A DNA stretch of 64,000 nucleotides. Source: Pseudomonadota bacterium (GTDB lineage Bacteria > Pseudomonadota > Alphaproteobacteria > Rickettsiales > SXRF01). Every line of letters starts with the position of its first letter. Position 1 is the stretch's first letter. Shown here piece by piece: positions 37,996 through 48,076 of the stretch. Made by a program: the position numbers and the translations under genes. The notes beneath the pieces were generated by a model. It was not told the origin of the DNA, did no database searches, and was given only the letters and a program-made list of their open reading frames with translations. The stretch spans positions 11,641 through 75,640 of the forward strand of contig CAUJHR010000023.1 of NCBI GenBank assembly GCA_963205195.1, given 5' to 3'.

Positions 37996-38775
37996 ATGAA
38001 AAAAATCAAAATCGCATGCGTTGCCGATAACTCACCTAAAGCCCAGGCTGCTTTTAGGGAAATAAAGAAAAATTATGAAGTGGTGGAAATCAGCAAAAGG
38101 CGCACAGGGGCCGAAGCTATCGTCGTCCTTGGAGGCGATGGCTTTATGTTGCAAACCTTACATGCCTACATGAAAATGAAATTGCCTTTTTATGGCATTA
38201 ATTGCGGGACTGTGGGTTTTTTGATGAACGAGGCAGTTTTGGAAAATCTTGAATACCGTATAAAGCATGCGCGCAGTACCATCCTGTATCCGCTGCATAT
38301 GTATGCGCGCTGCTTAAATGGAAAGATTGTGCAGGCCTTGGCATTCAATGAAGTTTCCTTGTTCAGGCAGGGCAGGCAGGCAGCAAAGATACGGGTTGCT
38401 ATCGACCATGTGGTGCGCCTTAACGAGCTTATTTGCGATGGCGTTATGATATCTACTCCTGCAGGAAGCACTGCCTATAATTTCTCCGCCGGCGGCCCTA
38501 TAATCCCGCTTGGCTCTAATGTGATAGCGCTTACACCGCTGGTACCATTCCGCCCAAGGCGTTGGGGCGGGGCGCTGCTTGCCCATGATTCGAGTATCAT
38601 TTTCAGTATTCTGGAAGCCAAAAAGCGCCCGGTTGCCGCGGTTGCTGATTTCACTGAAATAAAAGATGTAGGGGAGGTTATTATAAGCGAGCAGCGTAAA
38701 TCTGGCGTAACCTTGCTCTTTGATCCGGAATATAACCTAGCTGAACGCATTATTAAAGAGCAATTCACCTATTAG
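37996..38775 (+). CDS. nadK: NAD kinase
   Basis: VVLGGDGFML, NEV...DGVMISTPAGSTAYNFSAGGPI. Confidence 0.9.
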   Translation: MKKIKIACVADNSPKAQAAFREIKKNYEVVEISKRRTGAEAIVVLGGDGFMLQTLHAYMKMKLPFYGINCGTVGFLMNEAVLENLEYRIKHARSTILYPLHMYARCLNGKIVQALAFNEVSLFRQGRQAAKIRVAIDHVVRLNELICDGVMISTPAGSTAYNFSAGGPIIPLGSNVIALTPLVPFRPRRWGGALLAHDSSIIFSILEAKKRPVAAVADFTEIKDVGEVIISEQRKSGVTLLFDPEYNLAERIIKEQFTY

Positions 38776-38907
38776 TGCATTAGGCTTTGAATTATAAGTG
38801 ATAATTAGTTATTTGTTTCTGGCTGCCATAATCGCACTTGCATGAAAGCATGAATTAGGTTAATAGACGCGCTTGGCGATGCCATGGTGGTGCCGCAGTT
38901 TTGCAAA

Positions 38908-38932
38908 ACCCATTTTTAATTTATGAATGGGT
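38908..38932 (+). promoter_or_regulatory. Possible 5'-UTR hairpin upstream of cspA (ACCCATT-N11-AATGGGT)
   Basis: 7-bp stem read directly, about 30 nt upstream of the cspA ATG. Long structured 5' UTRs are known for cold-shock genes, but transcript ends are unknown here. Confidence 0.25.
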
Positions 38933-38962
38933 GTTATTAGTTAGTTTAAGGATAATAGTTTT

Positions 38963-39166
38963 ATGGCTACAGGTGTTGTTAAATGGTTTAATCCTAATAA
39001 ATCTTATGGTTTTATTAAACCAGATGATGGTGGAAGTGATGTTTTTGTTCATATTTCCGCTCTTCAGGCAGCTGGTCTTCATACTCTTGATGACAACCAG
39101 AAGATTCAGTATGATCTGGAAAACAGCAAGGGCAAAACCTCTGCGGTTAATTTAAAGCTGCTTTAG
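38963..39166 (+). CDS. cspA: Cold-shock protein (CspA family)
   Basis: MATGVVKWFNPNKSYGFIKPDDGGSDVFVHISAL contains the RNP1 (KSYGFI) and RNP2 (VFVH) motifs. 67 aa. Confidence 0.95.
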   Translation: MATGVVKWFNPNKSYGFIKPDDGGSDVFVHISALQAAGLHTLDDNQKIQYDLENSKGKTSAVNLKLL

Positions 39167-39340
39167 TTTTTAAAGCTTTTATCCTGAGAATGTGCGTACG
39201 AGGAATGGCCGCAATAATAGTAATTTAGGCCGGCTGTTTTTTCGAACGCACCTCAGAGTAATTTTTTAATATATATTATATATAATAAGGTCAGTCTGGC
39301 AGCGCCTAGGCTGGCTATATTTTTTTAAGGAAATGAATTC

Positions 39341-41164
39341 ATGAAAGATATCCGTAACGTTGCCATTATTGCCCACGTGGATCATGGCAAAACAACACTT
39401 ATTGACCAGATGCTGCGTCAAAGCGGCAGCTTCCGTGTCAACCAGTCGGTGGCTGAACGCGTTATGGATTCTAACGACCTTGAAAAAGAGCGTGGTATCA
39501 CCATCCTTGCGAAATGCACTTCGGTAGTGCGCGGAAACTTGCGGATAAATATCATTGATACCCCTGGGCATGCTGATTTTGGTGGAGAAGTTGAGCGTGT
39601 TCTTTCTATGGTGGATGGAGTTATATTGCTTGTGGATGCTGCTGAAGGAGCGCTGCCGCAAACTAAATTCGTACTCACTAAAGCCTTAAAACTTGGCTTA
39701 AAGCCAGTTGTGGTTATCAATAAAGTTGACCGTGGCGATGCACGCCCGGAACAGGTTGTAAATGAAGTGTTCGATCTTTTTGCGGCGCTCGATGCTTCCG
39801 AAGAGCAGCTAGACTTCCCGACTTTTTATGCTTCGGGGCGTGACGGCTGGGCTGCAGAAAGCCTAACTGCTGAGCGCAAGGATTTGGATCCTCTGTTTAA
39901 TTGTATCGCTAACCATGTCCCGGCCCCTGACGTGGATGCTGATGCTGATTTTGCAATGCTTGTTTCCATCTTGGAATATGATTCATTCCTTGGCCGTATC
40001 CTTACTGGCCGTATATATAGCGGTACCGCCAAAGTCGGGATGCCTATCAGGTCTATGGACATCAATGGCAATATCCTTGAGCAAGGCCGCCTTACCAAGC
40101 TTCTGTCATTTGATGGGATCAAACGGGTGCCGGTTGAAGAAGCGCAGGCTGGCGACATAGTTGCAATAGCTGGTTTGGCGAATACCTCGGTTGCTGATAC
40201 TATAGGCGATTTGACGCTTTCCAGCCCGGTTCCCTCAACACCGATTGATCCGCCGACAATGGCTATAACTTTATCGGTAAATGATTCTCCTCTTGCCGGG
40301 CAGGAAGGAACCAAGGTTACCAGCCGTATGATACGCGAACGCCTGCTGCGTGAAGCCGAAGGAAACGTTGCGATCCGTGTAAAGGAAACCGATGCCAAAG
40401 ACGCATTTGAAGTGGCGGGACGCGGGGAATTGCAGCTTGGTGTTTTGATCGAGACCATGCGCCGTGAAGGATTTGAGCTTTCAGTGTCGCGCCCTCGGGT
40501 TTTGTTCCGCGATGATGAATCTGGCGTTAAAATGGAGCCAATAGAAGAAGTGGTTATCGATGTTGATGAAGAGCATACTGGCGTGGTTGTTGAAAAAATT
40601 TCCCTGCGTAAAGGTGAGATGACTGATATGCGCCCATCTGGTGGCGGAAAAACCCGGATCATTTTCCTTGTCCCATCACGCGGGTTAATAGGCTATCAGG
40701 GAGAATTCTTAACTGATACAAGGGGGACTGGCATGATGAACCGTCTTTTCCATTCCTATGCACCTTATAAGGGTGATATAGCGGGCCGCCGCAATGGGGC
40801 ATTGATCTCTATGGAGAATGGCGAGGCAGTGCCATATGCTATCTGGAATTTACAGGATAGGGGTATAATGTTTATCGACCCGGGTGCAAAAATTTATGAA
40901 GGTATGATAGTGGGTGAGCATAGCCGCGATAATGACCTTGAAATAAATTTAATTAAAAATAAACAGTTAACAAATATTCGTACTACCAGCAAAGATGAAG
41001 CAATAAGGCTGGTCCCGCCCCTTAAAATGACGCTGGAGCAGATGATTTCTTATATAGAATACGATGAGTTAGTGGAAGTTACCCCAAAATCCTTGCGTTT
41101 GCGTAAAATAGCGCTTGATTCAAATGAGCGTAAAAAAGCCACAAGAGCAAAGAAAACAGCATAA
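39341..41164 (+). CDS. typA: Translational GTPase TypA/BipA
   Basis: IRNVAIIAHVDHGKTTL, DTPGHADFGGEVER, NKVDR; 607 aa with an EF-G-like domain layout. Confidence 0.95.
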   Translation: MKDIRNVAIIAHVDHGKTTLIDQMLRQSGSFRVNQSVAERVMDSNDLEKERGITILAKCTSVVRGNLRINIIDTPGHADFGGEVERVLSMVDGVILLVDAAEGALPQTKFVLTKALKLGLKPVVVINKVDRGDARPEQVVNEVFDLFAALDASEEQLDFPTFYASGRDGWAAESLTAERKDLDPLFNCIANHVPAPDVDADADFAMLVSILEYDSFLGRILTGRIYSGTAKVGMPIRSMDINGNILEQGRLTKLLSFDGIKRVPVEEAQAGDIVAIAGLANTSVADTIGDLTLSSPVPSTPIDPPTMAITLSVNDSPLAGQEGTKVTSRMIRERLLREAEGNVAIRVKETDAKDAFEVAGRGELQLGVLIETMRREGFELSVSRPRVLFRDDESGVKMEPIEEVVIDVDEEHTGVVVEKISLRKGEMTDMRPSGGGKTRIIFLVPSRGLIGYQGEFLTDTRGTGMMNRLFHSYAPYKGDIAGRRNGALISMENGEAVPYAIWNLQDRGIMFIDPGAKIYEGMIVGEHSRDNDLEINLIKNKQLTNIRTTSKDEAIRLVPPLKMTLEQMISYIEYDELVEVTPKSLRLRKIALDSNERKKATRAKKTA

Positions 41165-41269
41165 ATAATGAAAATTCTTATTTACAGTTACGAAGAGATG
41201 TGTTTCTAATGATTAACGTTATTTATAAATCTTAATACATTAAGATACTACTTAGAGGCAAAGATTTAG

Positions 41270-42235
41270 ATGAAATTTATATTTTTCAGTATCATTGCGG
41301 TTCTTGCGCTTGTTGCTTCTGTAGTGGCATTCCGTATAACCGATTCTTCAACGCCTGCTGTTGTTGGTCAGGGTGAAGCCCCATCAAAGGAAATTAATGT
41401 TAAAACTATAGATGTGCTGATGGCAAGGAATAATATCCCTGTTGGCACTATAATTACCAGCTCTATGATTGACAAGCAGCCTTGGCCTGAAAATCTGGTT
41501 ATGGATAATTTCGTGCTTGGCGATAAAGGCGGTCAGGATATTATTGGAACCGTTGCCCGTTCATCAATTAATGCCCACGAACCTTTCATGAAAAGCAAGC
41601 TTGCTAATCCTAATGACCCTGGATTCCTTGCTGCTGGCCTTCCTGTCGGTATGCGGGCCATAAGTGTTGCTACCGATATGGTTACTGGTATAGCCGGCTT
41701 TATATTCCCAGGTGACCGGGTTGATATTTTGTATACTCATGATTCCTCCGTCAATAATTCTGGCAATGTATCGGCGGCGCGTGCTGCGGGTCGTCCGGAA
41801 GTTACCGAGGTTCTTGGCTCTAATATTCGTGTCCTTGCTGTAAATTTGCGTGAGGGTGATCCTTCCAAGCCTGCTCCGGTTGCACCAAGCAGCCTTACGC
41901 TTGAAGTTACTGATGCTATGGCGCAGTTGATTCGTCTTGCTGAGAAAAATGGTACTCTTTCGTTCTCGCTGCGCTCTATTCATGATGATACTGGTAGTGC
42001 TCCAAATCCTTCCAGCCTTGGCGATCTTTCCCATTCTACAGACCTTATGATAATTCGCGGGCCGGGAAGTGCTGGCGGTAAGATAACAGAATCAAGTGCT
42101 TTGAGCAGCGATATACGTAATGAGGGCACTGGCAGCGATGTTGCACCTGCGGCTTCTGCACCTGCGGCGCCTGTGAATTCTGGTGTTCGTACTAACGTAC
42201 CCGTAGATAATAGAATTAATAATCAGATTAAGTAG
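41270..42235 (+). CDS. cpaB: Flp pilus assembly protein CpaB (RcpC-like) with a low-complexity C-terminal tail
   Basis: N-terminal TM, SAF-like domain (VLMARNNIPVGTIITSSMI), a RcpC-type beta-clip region and position at the head of the cpa operon. The last ~80 aa are rich in Ser, Ala, Pro and Gly. Confidence 0.8.
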   Translation: MKFIFFSIIAVLALVASVVAFRITDSSTPAVVGQGEAPSKEINVKTIDVLMARNNIPVGTIITSSMIDKQPWPENLVMDNFVLGDKGGQDIIGTVARSSINAHEPFMKSKLANPNDPGFLAAGLPVGMRAISVATDMVTGIAGFIFPGDRVDILYTHDSSVNNSGNVSAARAAGRPEVTEVLGSNIRVLAVNLREGDPSKPAPVAPSSLTLEVTDAMAQLIRLAEKNGTLSFSLRSIHDDTGSAPNPSSLGDLSHSTDLMIIRGPGSAGGKITESSALSSDIRNEGTGSDVAPAASAPAAPVNSGVRTNVPVDNRINNQIK

Positions 42236-42242
42236 GATTGAC

Positions 42243-43712
42243 ATGGTATTTTTTAAAAATCGCTTCAGAATGAAATATATGTGCCTGTGCACATGTGCAT
42301 TGGCATCTTTTGCAGCATATATGCCTTCGGCATCTGCGAATTCTGGTCTTTTTTTGCCTGTGAACCGCTCTTCCCTGGTGGAAATGCCGGATGCAGTAAA
42401 AGAAATAGTTATAGCTAATCCTGATATTGCTGATGTTCACGTCAATAATTCTAAAAACCTCACATTTATCGGTAAAAATGTTGGTTCAACTAATATACGT
42501 ATTTTTGACGATTCCGGTAAGCTTGTAAAAACCCTCGATGTAAGTGTTGGTTATGACCTTCCTGCTATCCGCAGGGCGCTTAAAAACCTTATACCAGATG
42601 AAACTATTGGTGTTGAAATGATAAACACCAGTGTAGCTTTGACCGGGCAGGTGCGTAATAATAATGCAATTGAGCGTGCTTTGAAAATAACCCAGGAATA
42701 TCTTGGCAATTCTTCGGCTAATTCTGCGGCAAAGTTGGCGGTTGGTGGTCAGGATGCTGATCCTTACCCTAAGATTCTTAATATGCTTAAACTGGTTTCT
42801 GGCCAGCAGGTTATGCTTCGTGTTCGTGTATCTGAAGTTAACCGTGATGCCCTTAAGCGTTTAGGTGTTGACCCGTCTTTTGTGCTTGGTGGGGGCAATG
42901 TTAGCTTTAATGGTGCCTTGGGTAGCGCAATCTCTGGTTTAGCGGTAGGTGCTACTGCAAATAATACCTTGGCCGCTTCTGATACATTCCGTGGTACATC
43001 GGGCTTTACCTGGTCTAGCAACAGCAATCATCGTGTTGGCGCGGTTATCAATGCCCTTGAGCGTGATGGCTTGATCAAAACGCTTGCTGAACCTAACCTT
43101 GTTGCTGTTTCTGGCGAGCAGGCCGACTTTTTGGCGGGTGGTGAAATTCCGGTTGTTACCCCATCGGTTGGAACCGTTGGAACAGCAGCTACTGCTACTG
43201 TCGAATATAAGCCTTTCGGGGTTTCTGTGAAATTTACACCTGATGTATTATCAGAAAACCGCATCCGTATGTTAGTGCAGCCAGAAGTTTCAGAAATTTC
43301 TACTGCTAACTCTGTGGTTATGAGCGGTTTCGTAATTCCTAGCATTACGACCCGCCGCGCAAGGACAACTGTTGAGCTTGCTCCAGGCGAAAGCTTTATG
43401 ATCGCGGGCTTGATAAAGGATAATACCAAAGCCAGCATCGATCAGCTCCCAGGACTTAAAGAACTTCCGGTTTTAGGTGCGCTTTTCAGGAGTACCGAAT
43501 TCCAGCGCAATGAATCAGAACTGGTAATAACAGTAACGCCTTATATTGTTGATCCGTTAAAAGCTTCAGAAGTTAAAACTCCTTCTGATGATTTCCGTCC
43601 TGCCAGCCAGATGGAAATGTTCTTCTACGGGGCATTAGGTGCAATTACAACTGATGAACATTCTGCAAAAGTTCCTCAATTAGAGGGGCCAACCGGCTTT
43701 ATGGTGGATTAA
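42243..43712 (+). CDS. cpaC: Flp pilus secretin CpaC/RcpA
   Basis: Signal peptide, BON-like N-terminal domain, and secretin core (LAEPNLVAVSGEQADFLAGGEIPV...LPGLKELPVLGALFRS...ELVITVTP). Confidence 0.85.
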   Translation: MVFFKNRFRMKYMCLCTCALASFAAYMPSASANSGLFLPVNRSSLVEMPDAVKEIVIANPDIADVHVNNSKNLTFIGKNVGSTNIRIFDDSGKLVKTLDVSVGYDLPAIRRALKNLIPDETIGVEMINTSVALTGQVRNNNAIERALKITQEYLGNSSANSAAKLAVGGQDADPYPKILNMLKLVSGQQVMLRVRVSEVNRDALKRLGVDPSFVLGGGNVSFNGALGSAISGLAVGATANNTLAASDTFRGTSGFTWSSNSNHRVGAVINALERDGLIKTLAEPNLVAVSGEQADFLAGGEIPVVTPSVGTVGTAATATVEYKPFGVSVKFTPDVLSENRIRMLVQPEVSEISTANSVVMSGFVIPSITTRRARTTVELAPGESFMIAGLIKDNTKASIDQLPGLKELPVLGALFRSTEFQRNESELVITVTPYIVDPLKASEVKTPSDDFRPASQMEMFFYGALGAITTDEHSAKVPQLEGPTGFMVD

Positions 43713-43714
43713 TT

Positions 43715-44299
43715 ATGAAACAGTCATTAAAAAAATACAGCTTATTAGTTTGCCTTTTATCAGTTGCTGCCTGTGACAGGACTCCAAATGAGGTTTATGT
43801 GAACCGTGGCGACCCAGAGCGTTTTATCGACCATTCTTCTGAAACCGTTACCTTGAGCTTGAAGCCAAAGAATGCTTTGACCAAGCTTGCAGAAATGGTG
43901 GCTGAAGATCGTCCATCCAGCGCGCAGCTTAAATGCTCATTTAAAAGCCCCCGCTGCACACAGGCAAAAGAAATATTTGAGCGCAATTCAGTTCCTATCC
44001 ACTTGACAGCTGAGCAAAGCAACCGCGTTGTATTGACTTATGAAAGAGTAGTTGCTCGTGATTGCAACCCGCATTTCATAGACAATATGGAAGGGAACCG
44101 CAGCTTTAACCATCCTTCTTTCGGTTGTGCGGTATCTAGCAATATGCTTCAGATGGTAAGCGACAAGCACCAATTTACCAATCCGGCATTGCTTGATTAT
44201 CCTGATGGTGAAAAAATGAGCCAGTCTTATCGCGCTTACTTAAAGAACTATACCCCACGCGATAATAAATCGGTTGATTGGAGTACGGATAGAAAATAA
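43715..44299 (+). CDS. cpaD: Pilus assembly lipoprotein CpaD
   Basis: Lipobox LLSVAAC, a FGCAVSSNMLQMV...P..L motif resembling the CpaD family, and its position between cpaC and cpaE. Confidence 0.65.
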   Translation: MKQSLKKYSLLVCLLSVAACDRTPNEVYVNRGDPERFIDHSSETVTLSLKPKNALTKLAEMVAEDRPSSAQLKCSFKSPRCTQAKEIFERNSVPIHLTAEQSNRVVLTYERVVARDCNPHFIDNMEGNRSFNHPSFGCAVSSNMLQMVSDKHQFTNPALLDYPDGEKMSQSYRAYLKNYTPRDNKSVDWSTDRK

Positions 44300-44365
44300 T
44301 CGATAATGCTTGCTACTAATTTTCCAGGAATTATACCTGCGTATCAATTCTTAAAGGGATAATCC

Positions 44366-45598
44366 ATGAGTGCCTTCAGTCCTCTTTTAATTATATGTTA
44401 TGATCCAGAAGAGAGATTGAACCTTAGCACATTGGCAAGCGGGCTCGGTTATCCTGACGCGCAAATAGTAGTTGGTGGTATTAGCGATGCTATAGCTGCT
44501 CTTAATTCACGCGCTGTTTCCCCGGATTACCTGATAATTGATATTGCTGATAAAAGCTCAGAAGTATTTGCTGACCTGGATGAGCTTTCACTGCATTGTG
44601 AACCCAAGGTCCGTGTAGTTGTAATTGGCTCTGTAAATGATATAAATTTTTACCGTGAGCTTCGTGCCCGCGGTGTTTCCGAATATTGTGCAAGGCCTGC
44701 TAAGGTTAGTGACCTGCGTAATGTGCTGCTGCAAAGTGGCCATGAAAGCGCACATTCAGCACCGGCAGCAAAAAAAGGCACAGTTATTTCCTGCATGAGC
44801 GCAGCTTCTGGCGATGGCGCAAGTACTATGGCTGTAAATCTTGCCTATTGTCTTGCTGAGGAATTTGACCAGCCAACACTGTTGATCGACATGGATTACC
44901 AGTTCGGCCTGATAGCTAAAAGCCTGGATCTTAATGCGCCTTTTGGCATACGCGAATTATTCGATTTCCCAGAACGTGGAGTTGATGACCTGTTGGTAGA
45001 AAAAATGCTGGTCAGGTATGGAAAGAATCTAAGTATAATTGGTTCGCCGCATGAACTTCGTCAGCTTCCAATGATACGCCCGGAATTAATCCGTGACCTG
45101 ATAAGCCTGCTTAGGACCAAGTTCAGTTATGTAATACTTGATATACCGCATATCTGGACAGGCTGGACATCGGCATCGGTCACTTATTCAGACCATGTGG
45201 TGATTGTAGCCCAGTTATGGCTGCGCTCACTTACACATTCTTCAAGGCTGCTTGCTATCTGGCAGGCTATAGGTATTTCTGAAAACTCAATTTCGCTTAT
45301 CATCAACCGTAGCGGCGCGAAATTTAAAGAAGCTATCACGGTCCAGGATTTTGAGCGCATAACCCATAATAAGATTGAGGCTTTCTTAAGCAATGATATT
45401 AAATCTGTAGTCAGCGCTGAATCAAAAGGGAAAACTCTTTTTGAAATAGGCCAGAATATACTTCTGCAGCAGCAGATACGCCAGTTTACCCAAAGCATAT
45501 TGGCGCGCAAAGGTGCGGATGGAAAAAGGTCTGGTAACTCGCAAATGAGTGGTGGACGTATCAACTTGCTTACCTTTTTAGGAAAAAAGAGCGGATAA
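44366..45598 (+). CDS. cpaE: CpaE/TadZ pilus-assembly ParA/MinD-like protein with a receiver-like N-terminal domain
   Basis: N-terminal ~120 aa resemble a pseudo-receiver. The MinD/ParA-like core is ISCMSAASGDGASTMAVNLA...LLIDMD. Sits in the cpaE slot of the locus. Confidence 0.75.
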   Translation: MSAFSPLLIICYDPEERLNLSTLASGLGYPDAQIVVGGISDAIAALNSRAVSPDYLIIDIADKSSEVFADLDELSLHCEPKVRVVVIGSVNDINFYRELRARGVSEYCARPAKVSDLRNVLLQSGHESAHSAPAAKKGTVISCMSAASGDGASTMAVNLAYCLAEEFDQPTLLIDMDYQFGLIAKSLDLNAPFGIRELFDFPERGVDDLLVEKMLVRYGKNLSIIGSPHELRQLPMIRPELIRDLISLLRTKFSYVILDIPHIWTGWTSASVTYSDHVVIVAQLWLRSLTHSSRLLAIWQAIGISENSISLIINRSGAKFKEAITVQDFERITHNKIEAFLSNDIKSVVSAESKGKTLFEIGQNILLQQQIRQFTQSILARKGADGKRSGNSQMSGGRINLLTFLGKKSG

Positions 45599-45601
45599 AA
45601 T

Positions 45602-47053
45602 ATGTTTGGTAAAAAAATATCAGAAGGAACAGAACTTGTTGATACCAAGCAATTCCGTAATATAGAGAAAGTCACCCTTAAGAACCGCTTTAATGACAGC
45701 GGCATATTTTCCTCTAAGCCCCAGGACTCTGACTGGTATAAAATAGAATTATTTTTCAAAGACAAAAGCTTGGAAAATGATGAGTATCTTTTAGCGAAAT
45801 CTTATCTTACTGAAAAAATCCTCGACCGCATAGAATTCGGCCTTTTAGAGCAGATGACCGATGATATGAAAAGGGCGCGCGTTGGGGACATAGCCTCGCA
45901 AATTATCCGCGATGAAATATCCATACCCCTTACTACAGCTCAGGTTAGCCTTCTTGTAGAGCAGGCAATTGATGATTTGCTGGGATTTGGTCCTTTGGAA
46001 GTTTTAATGGCCGATCCTGATGTTTCCGATATCATGATTAACGGAAGTAAGCGCGTATTTGTTGAAAAAAACGGAAAAATCGCCTTAACTGATATAACTT
46101 TTACCAGTGAAAAGCATTTACTGAATGTTATTCAAAAAATTGTTTCAATTGTTGGAAGGCGTGTTGACGAATCTAGCCCTATGGTGGATGCCAGGATGCC
46201 AGATGGCTCGCGTTTTAATGCTATAATTCCGCCGCTTGCCCTGGATGGCTCGCTGGTTTCCATACGAAAATTCCGTCGCCAGAAGATAGCGCTTAAGGAA
46301 TATGTTGATTTTGGCTCAATGAATAAACAAATGGTGGATTTTTTGTCAATTTGTGGACATATTCGTTTAAATGTATTAATATCTGGCGGTACTGGTAGCG
46401 GTAAAACAACTTTGCTTAATGCTTTATCGGGAAGTATCGAGCATACAGAACGTGTAATTACCGTAGAAGATACTGCCGAGCTGCAACTTCAGCAACCGCA
46501 TGTATTGCGTATGGAGACCCGCCCGCCAAATATGCAGGGGGCAGGTGAGATTACGGCGCGCCAGCTGGTTAAAAATGCTCTTCGTATGCGCCCTGACCGT
46601 ATAATAATCGGGGAAATACGAAGTGATGAGGTAATTGATGTATTGTCAGCAATGAATACAGGCCATGACGGTTCAATGGCTACCATTCATGCCAATACTC
46701 CGCGTGATGCCTTGAGCCGAATAGAGAATCTGGTTGGAATGTCGAAGGTCAATATGTCTTCGGGATCACTTAAAAGCCAGATAGCAAGCGCTTTGCACCT
46801 GATAGTGCAGGTGGCGCGGCAAAGGGATGGAAAGCGCCGGATTACCCATATTGAAGAGGTGATTGGTATGGAAGGCAGCGAAATAGCGACCCAGCTCCTG
46901 TTTGGCTTTAAATCTGGCCCTTTGGGTGAAGATGGTATACTTACCGGTGAATTTTACAGTACCGGGGTTAAACCTTCTTTCCTGCCGCAGGCATCGTATT
47001 TTGGTTTTGAAAAAGAAATGTTGGCTAGCCTTGGGTTAACTGATAATAGCTAG
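45602..47053 (+). CDS. cpaF: Flp pilus assembly ATPase CpaF/TadA
   Basis: Walker [17 protein letters not shown], Asp box, Walker B RIIIGEIR and His box [12 protein letters not shown]. Confidence 0.95.
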   Translation: MFGKKISEGTELVDTKQFRNIEKVTLKNRFNDSGIFSSKPQDSDWYKIELFFKDKSLENDEYLLAKSYLTEKILDRIEFGLLEQMTDDMKRARVGDIASQIIRDEISIPLTTAQVSLLVEQAIDDLLGFGPLEVLMADPDVSDIMINGSKRVFVEKNGKIALTDITFTSEKHLLNVIQKIVSIVGRRVDESSPMVDARMPDGSRFNAIIPPLALDGSLVSIRKFRRQKIALKEYVDFGSMNKQMVDFLSICGHIRLNVLISGGTGSGKTTLLNALSGSIEHTERVITVEDTAELQLQQPHVLRMETRPPNMQGAGEITARQLVKNALRMRPDRIIIGEIRSDEVIDVLSAMNTGHDGSMATIHANTPRDALSRIENLVGMSKVNMSSGSLKSQIASALHLIVQVARQRDGKRRITHIEEVIGMEGSEIATQLLFGFKSGPLGEDGILTGEFYSTGVKPSFLPQASYFGFEKEMLASLGLTDNS

Positions 47054-47085
47054 GATAATATAAAAATGTTAGGTATGGATAAAAT

Positions 47086-48075
47086 ATGAGTTCGTTTCCG
47101 ATAGTTATAGCTTTTTTTGTTGGTGTGCTGGTATATGTTATCGGCGTTTTGCTGCTTCCTAAAAGCTTTACTGATGATTCCACAAATTTTACCCGCAAGC
47201 AGTTAAAGGACCTCGAGCAATCAGGGGAAGATGAAAGCGATGGCAGTGAGCTGGAAGCTGACCTCAGGAGTGACCGCATGCAATCCACCGGGGTTCTTGC
47301 GCGCATATATTACTCAATGCCGCTTGGTAAATTCTCCCATAAATATCTGGTGCGTGCTGGTATGGCTGGCGCTGTTGACCGCTTCTTTGTGACATGTGTC
47401 GGCGTATTCTTTGCCATTATGCTGCTTCTTCCGCTTATACATATAACAAATAATGGAATCGTAATATTGCTTTGCGCGATAGCGGGAACATACCTTGCCG
47501 CATGGCGTATCATCGAAAGCAACAGGCAGGGGCGTATCCGCAAATTCATCGATCAGTTCCCCGATGCGCTTGATATTATTGTCCGCAGCGTGAAATCCGG
47601 GTTTCCGCTTAATGCTGCGGTGAACATGGTTGCAGAAAGCATGCAGGCGCCAACCAGTGAAGAGTTTAAAAAAATGTCCACTGAGGTTGTGCATGGAAGC
47701 ACCCTGGTTGATGCGCTGGTGCGCCTTGGGAAAAGGATGCACACGCCGGATATAAATTTTTTCGTCGTAGTTCTTACCTTGCAGCAGGAAGTTGGCGGCA
47801 GCCTTGCAGAAGTACTGGGCAACCTTTCTGCACTCATACGCAAGCGTAAAATGATGACCAAGAAGATTTTCGCCATTACTTCGGAAGGCAGGTTTACCGG
47901 ATGGGTATTAGGCGCACTTCCTTTGCTTGTGGCCCTTGCCATCCATATCGTTGATCCTGATTACCTTGTTCCTTTATTTGTTACGTCGCTTGGCCATATG
48001 ATTATAGCCGCTACACTTTTAACGATAGGGGTTGGCGTATGGATCATCCGCAATATGGTTAATATGGAGATATAA
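47086..48075 (+). CDS. tadB: Flp pilus assembly inner-membrane protein TadB
   Basis: T2SS-F-like domain (FPDALDIIVRSVKSGFPLNAAV...) with flanking TM segments, downstream of cpaF. Confidence 0.8.
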   Translation: MSSFPIVIAFFVGVLVYVIGVLLLPKSFTDDSTNFTRKQLKDLEQSGEDESDGSELEADLRSDRMQSTGVLARIYYSMPLGKFSHKYLVRAGMAGAVDRFFVTCVGVFFAIMLLLPLIHITNNGIVILLCAIAGTYLAAWRIIESNRQGRIRKFIDQFPDALDIIVRSVKSGFPLNAAVNMVAESMQAPTSEEFKKMSTEVVHGSTLVDALVRLGKRMHTPDINFFVVVLTLQQEVGGSLAEVLGNLSALIRKRKMMTKKIFAITSEGRFTGWVLGALPLLVALAIHIVDPDYLVPLFVTSLGHMIIAATLLTIGVGVWIIRNMVNMEI

Positions 48076-48076
48076 G

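Noticed and set aside
38901-39155. 84-aa ORF overlapping cspA in another frame
   Set aside because: The cspA frame gives a textbook cold-shock protein. The alternative frame is hydrophobic nonsense with no RBS.
39167-39340. Possible terminator or structured RNA downstream of cspA (GTGCGTACGA…TCGAACGCAC long-range pairing, T-run at about 39236)
   Set aside because: The pairing is imperfect and encloses a ~55-nt loop with only weak internal stems. I cannot support a specific terminator or sRNA call by eye.
39826-40662. 278-aa minus-strand ORF inside typA. Similar long antisense ORFs occur at 8914-9561 in xseA, 45184-45765 in cpaE/cpaF and 49915-50508 in uvrB.
   Set aside because: All lie opposite highly conserved housekeeping genes, are rich in Ser, Arg and Pro, and have no motifs. 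They are frame-shadow artefacts.
41165-41269. Search for a small Flp pilin gene between typA and cpaB (also checked 49019-49080)
   Set aside because: No ORF in either gap has a start codon, an RBS and the G/xxxxEY Flp signature. The absence is reported as a finding, not as a feature.
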